Part shown: one piece after another, positions 10,225 to 21,600 of the stretch
How the letters are laid out: every line of letters starts with the position of its first letter
How positions within the stretch are numbered: the stretch's first letter is position 1
Source: a virus
Strand: one strand, 5' to 3'
IMG/VR virus record: IMGVR_UViG_3300009597_000014
Span: 1-64,000 of that record
DNA length: 64,000 bases
Translations under genes and position numbers: made by a program
The notes under the pieces: generated by a model
Databases searched by the model: none
Told to the model about the DNA's origin: nothing
The model's input: the letters and a program-made list of their open reading frames with translations, nothing else

Positions 10225-12627
10225 ATGCCCACTAGCAACACACTGACATGGAAAGATGTAAGTGCCAATTTTGGTGCTGGTGGAGATGGTGGAGCCAATT
10301 TTGGAAATATTATCCAGAATAGCATGGAGCCACTTCGACGGTCTCTGCTGGAGGAACGTCTACGTGCAGATAAATCTTACAGCATGGATCAGATCCAAAA
10401 AGCTCTTACTATGCAGGATCCAGATGCAGTAAGAGGTGCTTTGGCCAGTGGTGCCATTGATATGGATGAGTATAATGCTAATTTTTTTAGTGATTATACT
10501 AGCAAACTTTTAGATGATAATCTGAAAAAATTAACGACAGCTGCCACTCTTAAGGAATCCGCTGCTGCTCTGGAATCACGAAAAATTACTGATGAAGGAT
10601 CCAGACTTTCCAATATAAGTGCTGGGCAAACTATTGAAGATAATAAAATAAAATTAGAGAAAAATTTGCATGATTGGAATAAACAGTTAGAACAGGAAAC
10701 AGTTCTACCAAATGTGCTAAAACAGGTTGCCCAATTACAGGATATGGCTACTGGAGGTAATCCAGAAGGTGCTCTTAAAATAGCACGTACTCCTGAATTT
10801 GTTGAGCTGGCAGTTAAAGGAGGTCTCACTGAAGAACGACTCAATGGTCTTCGTGAGAGTTTTTATGCTTCTGCTCAACAAGCTCGAACAGAAGAAAAAA
10901 ATGCTTATGATACTAATCGAGAAAAACGTAGACGAGGTGGAACAGCACGAGAAGAAGATATAAAACTTGAAACAGATATTATAACAGCAGAACAAGGGTT
11001 AGAAACAGCTGAATCAGATGCTGTTACTAAAGCTCTTGAACGTGCAGGTAAAGCAGAGAGCAACGAAGCTGCAGCATTTGTTTTAGAAAATAAGGAAAAA
11101 ATCCTTAAGGGTTACCCAACTCCTCGAGAAATGTTGTTGGCCGTTGATGCCCTTCCTGGTTCTACGCTAGGTAAAGCTGCATTAAAAGATGCCATAAAAC
11201 AGGCAGAAACATCTATTCCCAATATGACTCCAGAAGAGCTGGAGATTTTTAATTATGAAAGAAATCCCAATGCTCCTAGAGGACAACGTACTCGAACAGA
11301 TGCAACTACTTTTGCGGGTGGATTTACTGATTTAATAACTGCTACGGAAAGTGGTCGTGGTGGTTATCGAGCTATGTACGGGCAAGCTCAGGATGACCCT
11401 AATAGTGAATATAATGGTCTTGATATTAGAACGATGTCAATTGCTCAGCTTGATAATCTAGCCAATGATGGTGGTTATAAAGCTTGGGTTGCTGCTCGTA
11501 ATAACGGTGTTGAAGCCAGTCCATTTGGAAAATACCAAATCGTTAATAATACATTACAGGAAGCAGCTCGTGAATTAGGCTTGGATCCAAACACCAAGTT
11601 CGATGAAGCCACTCAGGATATGATCTTTAAACATCTCCTGGATAAACGGCTTGGTAGTGGACGAGGTGATATAAATGCTACATTAAAAGGTGTCCGTCAA
11701 GAATGGGAAGGTCTTAAGCGTGTCGATGACCAGACTCTGCTTAAAGCTATCCAGGATTACCAATCAGGTGCTGTTGCCCGAGACAGGATTGGTCCTCAAG
11801 GCAACCAGGCTCTTGATGCAGGTTTGAGTCTGGCCCTACAAGGCATTGGTGCTGGTAAGACTTATCCAATTGATGAGACTCGTGGTGAGGCAGCTACGAA
11901 ATTTATTCAGGAAATCGTTGCCGATCCAGGACCCATCGATCCTCAAAAGTGGGATATCGTAACTGATATCGTAGCTGAAGCAGATAATAGAGCAACTGCC
12001 CAAAATCAGAAATTGATGGCCGATAATATATTTGGTGGTAATATCCCTGGTTTGATGGCTGCTATTCAAGATCCTGCAAATCAAAACTTACTTTCATCTG
12101 CTGTAGCTAAACAATTAAAGGCTGCATACCCTGATATGGATGAAGGAAATCTGACAACTGATCTTAATACTCTTTCTAAAGAATCTGGTCTTCAGCCTGG
12201 TATAGTAGCAGCCTTTATGTTGGCAGCTCCACAGGAAAATATGTGGCTTTTGTCAGATGCTGCTGGTATTCAGGATCCACGTAAAGTTAATATGGATGCA
12301 GTTAGAGATTTAATGAAAGAATTTGTTACACCCGGAGCAAGTTCTGGTGAAAATACAGCTGGAATAATGGCTCAGCTTGAACAGATCCGTGCCAAGACTG
12401 CGGCCAGTGGTGAACTTGCAGCTGTTCAACAAAGAGTCAGACAAGCTACTGCAGATCTGGCTCAGGCATCTTATCGTATAGCTCAGGGTGAAACACAACT
12501 CTCTGATAAAGCAGCAAAAATAAGACTTGAACAGGCTCTTGCAGCACAAGATGAATTAATTAAACGTATTGATGCTTCTTCAATATATAGTGCTCAGGGA
12601 GCTGGAGTAGGCGCCCAAGCACAATAA
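10225..12627 (+). CDS. N4 gp51-position ejection protein with lambda-lysozyme/lytic-transglycosylase-like domain
   Basis: 800 aa with no Cys seen; LTWKDV N-terminus; central ITATESG..GY..MYG, SPFGKYQIV..TL, FDEATQD and QEWEGL motifs (about nt 11320-11720). Confidence 0.75.
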   Translation: MPTSNTLTWKDVSANFGAGGDGGANFGNIIQNSMEPLRRSLLEERLRADKSYSMDQIQKALTMQDPDAVRGALASGAIDMDEYNANFFSDYTSKLLDDNLKKLTTAATLKESAAALESRKITDEGSRLSNISAGQTIEDNKIKLEKNLHDWNKQLEQETVLPNVLKQVAQLQDMATGGNPEGALKIARTPEFVELAVKGGLTEERLNGLRESFYASAQQARTEEKNAYDTNREKRRRGGTAREEDIKLETDIITAEQGLETAESDAVTKALERAGKAESNEAAAFVLENKEKILKGYPTPREMLLAVDALPGSTLGKAALKDAIKQAETSIPNMTPEELEIFNYERNPNAPRGQRTRTDATTFAGGFTDLITATESGRGGYRAMYGQAQDDPNSEYNGLDIRTMSIAQLDNLANDGGYKAWVAARNNGVEASPFGKYQIVNNTLQEAARELGLDPNTKFDEATQDMIFKHLLDKRLGSGRGDINATLKGVRQEWEGLKRVDDQTLLKAIQDYQSGAVARDRIGPQGNQALDAGLSLALQGIGAGKTYPIDETRGEAATKFIQEIVADPGPIDPQKWDIVTDIVAEADNRATAQNQKLMADNIFGGNIPGLMAAIQDPANQNLLSSAVAKQLKAAYPDMDEGNLTTDLNTLSKESGLQPGIVAAFMLAAPQENMWLLSDAAGIQDPRKVNMDAVRDLMKEFVTPGASSGENTAGIMAQLEQIRAKTAASGELAAVQQRVRQATADLAQASYRIAQGETQLSDKAAKIRLEQALAAQDELIKRIDASSIYSAQGAGVGAQAQ

Positions 12628-12656
12628 TTAATATTACCAAAACATATTAGAGTGTA

Positions 12657-15600
12657 ATGGCTGCTACCTCGAATACCCTTCAGAGACTTCTGGATCCAAT
12701 CTCTGCAAGAGACCTGGATTTCACTGCTCGTGACGAAGCTTACAAGCGTCAGACTATGGAATTGGTGACTACGCCCCCACCTGCACCACTCGCACGAGTG
12801 CTTGAACCAGTACCTACACCCGTATCTGAAGTTCCCAGACGGGTTACCCCGGCAGACCTTCAGGCTCTGGATCCATGGAGTGTCCCTCTGGGAGCTACTG
12901 AAGCTCCCAAGCCTCAGTTTGGTGCTCCTACTCCAGAAGACAATCCGTTCGATGTGCCTTTTCAGGCACCTGAACGTATTCTCCATCCAAGGCTGAAGCT
13001 GGAATCAGATCTACAAGAGATTCGTGATTATAGTGCTACCCCTGAAACGATAGCTCTATATACTCTTGCCAAACACAAGGGTAATGATTTCATTAAAAAT
13101 AATGCTGTCATACAGGATTACGATAATCTAACTTCCGATCAATTTCGGGTAAAATACGGTACTGATGTCTATCGTAATTTGGTAGCTCTTCAGATTGCTG
13201 GTCGACCCATCACTGGTATGGCTCAGACCACTAGTGGTCTCGGTGAGACCGTGCAGGATCTGGCTGTCCATGGAGCATCCACTGTTGTCAGTGGAACTGC
13301 TGACCTGGCTGCCATGGTTCAGGCTAATAATCCATTAAGCAAACCAGTTACCGACATGGTCGGTAAATTATTTGGTGTTGATAATCTTAATGATAAAATA
13401 GCCTTTGAGGTTTCTCAGCTGGGACATGCTGTTTCCGATGCGATGGTTTCCCATGGACAGTCGTCTACTTCTGAACAGCAGACGATCGTAGCCCATTTCC
13501 AGAATGTGGCTGATCACATCGATCAGGCTGCCAAATACAAAAAGGATCTCCGCACCGAAGGTGAGATGGTCGCTAACCTGCGCTATGGCGGTGCTCAGGT
13601 CGTAGACGGAGCTTTGCAGCTTTATAATAATCCCAAGCACCTCGAGAACCTGACCTCTCAAGCCATTGGCTCACTCGTTACCCTTGGTCCTATGACCAAA
13701 GGCCTATCCTATGTGGGCAAAGGTCTGGCAGCTACCAAATACGGCGCCAAGTTGGCTCCTTATGCCGAAGGAGCAGCCTTCAATACAGCCGTAGGTCTGC
13801 AAGAAGCAGGTGGTGCCTATGGTGAAGTGATCCAGCGTGTCATGGCTCTGGATCATCCGACCCTGATGAGACAGTCCGAAGGTTACCGGGATCTGATCAA
13901 CCAGGGATACAGTGAAAGAGACGCCAAGGTCCAGCTGGCAATGGATGCTGCTCAGATAGCAGCACCAACTGCTTTCGGTACAGGATTTGTCACCAGCAAG
14001 CTGGCTCCAAGGGAATTCGAGCTTGGCATCCTTGGGCAGGGAGCCAAGAAGACACTGGCTCAATCGCTTAGGGCTCTACCCGGAACCGCAGCAAGAGAGT
14101 TCATCGAAGAGACTCCTCAGAGTGCAGCTGGGCAATTCGCTGCCAACCTTGCTCTGCAACAGACCGTGGATCCGTTCCAACCTCTTGGTGAAAATGTTGC
14201 CGAGGTTGGTATCCAAGGTGGTATTGCAAGTCTTGGTGTTGGTCCGATCCTTAAGGGTCCTGGCATTATTGCCAAAACCCTCGCAGCACCAGTCAAACTT
14301 GGTTATGAGCAGCTCGCCAAGAGAGCTGGCAGGGTCAAAGCTGCAAACGAATCAAGCTCGAATGTTTCGACCGAAAACATATCAGAAGATATTCAATCAG
14401 TTGCCAAAAACTCAGGCAGTCTGGCAGAGGGTCTGCGATCGCTAGTCGAAGAAAGCGAGACAGCCAGACAGGTAGCAGAGCAAGCCAAGGACCAGACAGA
14501 CCAGGTCCAGGGTGCTCTGGATCAGGTTCAGAGGAGCCAGGAACAAGACACAGGAGCGAACCCGCCAGCACCTCTGACTGACGTGGCTGCTGTTATTGAT
14601 GTGAGTGAGACTGCACCTGTAATAACCACTCCTGAAGCTCGAGCTCAGGAAGCCGAGGAATTTATCCAGAAAGTTGAAACTTCAGCCACTCTTCGAAAGG
14701 AAGATATAGAAACTCTTCCCAGTCAGCTTACTAAAAAATTAACAGATCTTCAATCCAAACTGGATCAGACACTCACCCGTTTTGATGCCATGATTGAAAT
14801 GGCCAAAATAGTGGAAGATCCAAATGCATCTGTGAGTGATCAGGCTTCTGCAGCTGTATTTATTGCAGATATTATTAATCAAAATAGAGACCTATTTAGT
14901 GGGGAGTTACCTGCATTTTTGCAGAATACCCCCCATGATAATCCACATTTTAAAGCACTCATAGATACATTTAGAAATCTTCAGCGCATGGAAAAAAATC
15001 CCATGATCGCTGATGCCATACGCTTTGCTCAGGATGAACTGAACATCCCCGATGTGGATCTAGACACGGTTGGATCTACCTCTCCAGAAGGTCTGCAGAC
15101 CATCAGGAACGTGATCGGTGCAGCGACCCATGCACCAGCCAGATTGAACGAAAACGTAGCCAACCAAGTTCTACGACAGGCTGACGAAGGCAAAGCCAAG
15201 ATCAGTCCTGAAGAGCTTGCAACCATCCGAAATGCTTTGGCCTTGCAGGTTGAGGCAGCCAAGGCTCAGCCCAAGGTCGAACAGGTCGAGGTCAAACCAG
15301 GACCAGCTGCAGAGGCTTTGTCAACTCAGGCACCAACTCCTGCTGCTGCACCCAAGCCCAGAGCCAAGACGACCACACAGGATTTCGTTGCAAAGCAGAT
15401 CGAGACCGAAGGAGGAGACGAGAAGCATCAGCTCTCGTTGAGGCAGCATGTCTCGGAAATCAATCGGGCTATTAAAAATAAAAAACCAAGATTAATAAAA
15501 GAGAAGATTCAAAATCTTGTTGATTTTGCCAAATCTCAAACCAATAAAGTAATAGCCCTCAATGAATCAATTGCCAAAGGCGATGGCTCAAATGCGCCTT

Positions 15601-18600
15601 ATCAGGCAATTAATTCCAAGGGTAAATTTTATACCAACAAAACAGGTGTTGGAGTTAAATTAGGAAATCCTGGTTCCGAGAACTTTGCCCGTCAGGTTCA
15701 CAAGGAAGCGACCAGCCTTGTCGATCTAGCCAATCAGATCATCAACCAGCATCCAGAGGCCAAGATTGAACCTCTGCCGACCCCGCCTGCTTTGAATTTA
15801 CCGGAGGAAGGCTCGACAACCACCCAGCAAGAGACACCACCTTCGGCTACCACGTCGAAGACAGCAGCTACTGAACAATTGGAGCCTCCCTCCGTCCCGG
15901 CAACTGGTGGGGTACCGGGAGCCATTGATACCACAGCTCCCACAACCCAGACCAGTGCCCCTGCCGAGCTGACTCCTGAAGAAAAAGCCGAGCAGAAAAA
16001 GCTTCAAGATCCAAAACAAACGTCTGATGACGAATTAATTAATCGTGTAAAGTTTTTTGATAGACAGGAAAAACAAAGCAAAACAAAAACATTAAGTCCT
16101 AATGCTACCAAAAGCCTGAAAGCTATTCACGAGGAAATAGCTCGTCGTAAGGCACTCAAAATTGAACCAGTGAAGGAAGAGACTCCTCCGTCTGTCACAG
16201 AGCCCGCAACATCCGCAACAGGCCAATCCAGATTCACCCCCGAAGAGCTCAGAAGCGATCCGGAATGGGAACAGGATGAAAGCCTGAGCGATGAGATGGA
16301 TCGGATTGAGAAAAAAGAAAAACTCACTCCGGATGATGAAGCCACTATCGAGGCTCTCCAGAAAGAAATGGATCGTCGTTATGACGAAGCCATAATCCAG
16401 GAAGAGCAGGAACAAACACCACCTGTTGAACAAATAGTTGAACAGACACCCACCAAAAAAGTAATCAAATCTAAACGTAAACCCAAAACAGTAGCTAAAT
16501 CCCTCCAGGATCTAAGCATTGTCCTTGAGACAAAGCCAACCGAACCAGAAACCAAACCCAAACTTGAACCAGTCGAAGAGGCAGTCGAGGAACCTGTAGG
16601 GGCTGAACCAGAATCCATTCCTCTGGATCAGGCCTATGAGAACCTGGCCGAGAGCAGCGAAGGCAATTATTTCCTGAAGGCTTATAAGCGAGGTAAGAAA
16701 ATAGGCTCCCGTCTGATGACGGTAAAAAGTCCGTTGGCTGCTATGCGGAAAGCGCTGTCAGGACAGACAGCCTTGGCTCAGTTTGCTGGTGGAGATGCCC
16801 GTCTGCCAAGGCGTCTGCCTATATGGCAGGAATTTTTAACTGATACGGCAAATAAGATTACTACTAATTTTAAAACTCGTATGTATGGCATTATCAATTC
16901 TAAAGTGGATGAGAATGGTAATCCTAAAACTTCTTTCCTGGATCTTATGGATCAAGGTAGTCCATATAATCGATATATGAATTATAAAACCATGAATCTT
17001 CTGGAGAAGGTTGATGGTGTCTATGGGCTTAACAAGCAGCTTCTAGAGTCGGGTGTCCTGGCAGCCATGGACTGGCTGCTCAATGTTCAAGACCGTACTG
17101 TCAACCACAGTGCAGAGCGACTGGCTGCTGTGCTGGGCGTAGACGAGAACCTGATTGAACAGAGAACTCTCGACGAATGGAACCGTGGCATTGGCTTGAG
17201 TGAGGCCAAGCGATCCCTGGCTCAACAGCTGAAAAAGTTCTGGGACGTACAGGACAACAAAGACGTATCCGAGACCTACGTACAGGGCGTAGCCGAGGCT
17301 ATGGCTCTTGAGCTCTTGGTCGCCATGGAGCAGACAGGCCTTCTTAAAAATGGTGAGTTTGCAGAGCCTACACTCACTGAAAAAACATATAATATGGTTT
17401 ATTTTGACAGGCGGTCAGACGATGACAAAGCCCTATTAAACAAGCTTGGTGAAGAACGTAATACGATTTCTGATTTAGCTCTGGTAGATAAGCTTCGTAG
17501 TGGGCGCAGTGTCGGTGAACCAATCACTGAGGTTCCCCAGCACCTACTGTACAATCCCAACGTCAGCACAACGAACCAGCAGAAAAAAGCAGCCGGAAAC
17601 GTACAAGCCACCAGGCATATGACCAATATGCCGATGGTCAACTTCATGCGAGCATTGGGTCTTCAGAATTATATTAATGCACTGGGAGGCAGGCTTACCG
17701 ATCCCAGAGTGACTGATCCAGAGAAGACCAATATTAATGATGCTAGGTCCAAAGCAGGTGCTAATTTACAATTAACCAACAGTTATAATGGTATGCTGGC
17801 TCAGGTTGCTGAAGTTGAAGCCTATTCTGAAAGAACAGGTATCCCGGTCAGTGAGGTACCCACCTTCTTCGAGTATGCGGTGCTCAGTATTGGACGCCTG
17901 CAGATGCGTGGCTTATTCAATGGTCAGGCCGACAAGCTGGCACGTAATATAGTGACTCCTGTCCGGGCCAAGATCGATCTTTCTCAGCCTGGTTCCCGTA
18001 AATTTTCTGACTTCATGCAGGCCATAGGCCAGGGCCTTGGAGCCAAGCCTGAAAGCAAATCACGTAGAGCTGTAACTGCTGCAGCCTTTGAAAAACTTAA
18101 ATTCTATCGACCGATAATCGATGGAATTAAGGTCCATCTTCGGGATGAAAAGAAAGGATCTCTATCTCAGGATACGATCGATGCCCTTGTCAATCTGGCT
18201 CCTGAAGACAAGCTCACAGATCATGGTCTTCAGTCCCTGCTGGATTATGCCCGCTACGAGGTTTTACGTGAATCGAACCATGGGGATCTAACCCGGTTCG
18301 AGTCATGGAATTTCCTCGAGGCCGATGGCAAGACCAATGGCCCGATCAATGCTCTCATGCTGTGGGCAGCAGGTGCGATCACTCCCAGGTTCCTGGATCT
18401 CGTCAACAAAGGTGGCATGTTCTTTGGGGCCAATGACAAGACCCTCGATCAGCACGGAGACACAGTTGATCTCTATAAAGCCTCCGGTAATAAAGCCTCT
18501 GAGAAAGTCGGTCAGCTTCATGCTGCCATTAGGGATGATAACAATCCCAAGGTCCTGGCTCAATTCAATGCCTTCAGACGGATTATGACAGCCCTTAATA

Positions 18601-21600
18601 CCAATATCGTTCTTAAGGGCGACCAGATTGAAATCTCTCGCGGCTTTGTCAAGAACCCATTAACCATTACGGTTTATGGTTCTGGGGCTAATGGTATAGC
18701 TATTAAGGCCACCAAAGAATTGACTGAATTTATTTATCAGAAGCTCAGTGAATCACTTCAGACAGGTGTAGTACCAGGAGATTTAATCTATAAGGATTAT
18801 CCTGATAATTCTTTCCATGATGATCTGAGTTTGCTGTTAAGCAGGACACCTGACATATCCAAAGATAAAAAATTTGGTACTTATTATTTTACCCGTCCTG
18901 TCAAGCATGTTGCATTTGACAGAAAAGGCAAACCAGGCAGTGATGAATTCCTGAAAAACTTCACATTCAGCAAGACTGAATTTGATGCCCTGCGTGACAA
19001 CGTACAGTTCTTTCTGACTGACCCCATGGTCAGTGCAATCACTGATGAAGTGATGAAAGAAATTGCTCCTGTCATCGAAGCCATCCAGCAAGCGACCCAG
19101 ATCCAGTCGATCGTGGTTCGTAATATGTTCAGGAATAAAGTTTTTGCCAAACTAGCTGATAAGCAGATTAATCCAAATAAATATCCTAATTATCATAAGG
19201 GAGATTTTCTTTCTCAGAATGAACTTAATGAGATCTTTAATTCTCTTAAACAGTTCATGGCTGTCATCGATACAGGAACCCAGCGCTATCAGATTAACTC
19301 CCATGAAAGCGCTGACGTATTTGCCAAAGCAACCATAACATATAACGGGCAGTCATATAATATCACCATGCCGGAATCGTTTGCTCGATCCCTGTCAGGT
19401 GACATGAAGGCTCCCATCTTTATGAACACACCCAACCTGGCTGGTGTGAAGGCTATTCCCTATCTGAACATTGGTTCAGGTGATGGCCAGATGATGCTCC
19501 ATGGCATGAGCATTGATATCCACAGGAGTGATATCTCGAGGCGTACCCTGCCTGTGTTCGACGGTCTCAATATGCCGATCGATATGATCCTGGAATACTC
19601 CCGACTCATCAATGAGTCGGTATTCAAGACCTGGACACAAAATTCTCCAATGCGGGCAATTGCCGAGTCATTCAGGACATTTGCCGAGAACCGCCCGATC
19701 CAGCAGGTACTCGATCCTGATAATGGTTTGAACCAGACAATAGATGACACCATCCTGGAAATGTCCAAGATCGAGGGGGGTTTCAAGCCTGAAAAGCTTA
19801 TCGATCAGACCAGCATGGAAATGATGATTAATGACCTGGTCCGCAAGCTTGAGGATTTCGCAGGTGATTTGGAAGACCGCCAGCAGGTGTACCGTGAAAC
19901 CACCCAATCCATAGACCAGATGTCTTCAGGCAAAGGCCCTCATAACGTCAAGGGAACTGGTGCTCTTATTCTGGTTCCAGGCATGTCAAACCAGGAGATC
20001 GCCCATGCGATGGAAGCTCGACGTATCGAGTTGTCAAACATCAGGGCTGGTCACCGCAAGACAGCGCAGACAGCACCGGCAGTTGCACTGATCCCTGCAA
20101 GCACGCCTGTAGCGCAACTCACGCCTGCCATGCAGAAGGTTCTTGCCCTTGGCACCGAGGATGTATCCGGTACCCGTGTGATCCAGGCAGACCAGCTTCC
20201 TGATGTTATTAGGGCTCTTGGTTCCACGGTTGATTCACAATTTGCCAGACAGCTGGTTAAAGCCATTGCCAAGGAATACCGGCTGGTTTTTGGTACACCT
20301 ACCCAGTTGGATAACTGGGAGCGATCCAATAATGTTGATCGTTTCCAACCTGGTTCCAACGACAATGCTATGGGTAAAATCGACCCTGTAGCAAAAGTTA
20401 TTCTTATCTCGAATTTGGTCCCAGAAACCATTATCCATGAGCTGATCCATGCAGCTACGATCGACAAGGTAAGAGCCTATTATTCAAACCCAAGATCGCT
20501 TTCTCAAGAAGACCGTGATGCCATTCGACGTATCGAAGGCTTGATGAATGAATGGTTGACACTTGATTTCACCAATAATGACGAAATCATAGTTAACGCT
20601 CATCAGATGGCACAGTCATCCATTCTGGGTTGGATGCGTAAAGGCGTAGCCGAAAACGAACCAAATAAATATATGGCTGAAGCTATTAATGAGTTTATGG
20701 CCTGGACATTATCGAACCAGGAGCTTCGTAATAAAGCCAGGACCCTTAAAAACTCAGCCTTCAGGATTCTCAAGGACACCCTTGAGGCTCTTAAAGCCTG
20801 GTTTGGCAAGAGTCTGAGAGTACCTAACAACCTCCTGGCTCAGCTGCAGTTCAACACCCGGATCCTGATTTCAACACCAACCGATCTGGACAATCTTAAG
20901 ACCGATGCCAACTCGGTGACCCTATTTCAGTCGCCTACTTTTGGTAACAGCGATCGGCTGACCTATTTCAGAGAACGATTTAAGGAAAAAATCCTTACCT
21001 ATATAAACGAAGGTGATCCTAATACCCTCGAAGGCTATCGCCAACGCTACCAGCGTTCCAACGAGATCCGGGCTGCCAGACAGGCAAGCCGGGATCTGAC
21101 GATAGGCTTTGTCAGACAATTTGGTGATCTGAGAACCATGCAGGCATGGGCCACCTTTTATGAGATGCAGGTAGGCCTGATGACCGAGCTGCAGCTTAAT
21201 CCCAATTCACTGGCTCGCATGCAGGAACTCTATGACCACGTCATCTCCAAGCTGGAAGTGACAGATTTCCGAATCAACAACGATCCTAATGATCAGGCCG
21301 ACGAGGCACAGGCCCAAGGCAAATACGATGCAATTCATGGTCTGCTGGTCAAGAAGACCGATCCCTATGGACGTAGTTCCCTGTTGAGCTCCTTCGTTTC
21401 ATTGGCCATGAGCTCTGACATTTTCAGGGGAGTCCTTGCCAAGATCGACAAGCCCCCGACTGACAAAAGCACCACGACCAACACCATGGATCGGATCCTC
21501 GAGGACGCAGGCAACGCTTCCATTGATTGGCTTTCCCTGATGGCATCGGGTGAGAAATCCAAGGCCCATAATGTCCAGGAAGCGATGGACAATCTGGCGT

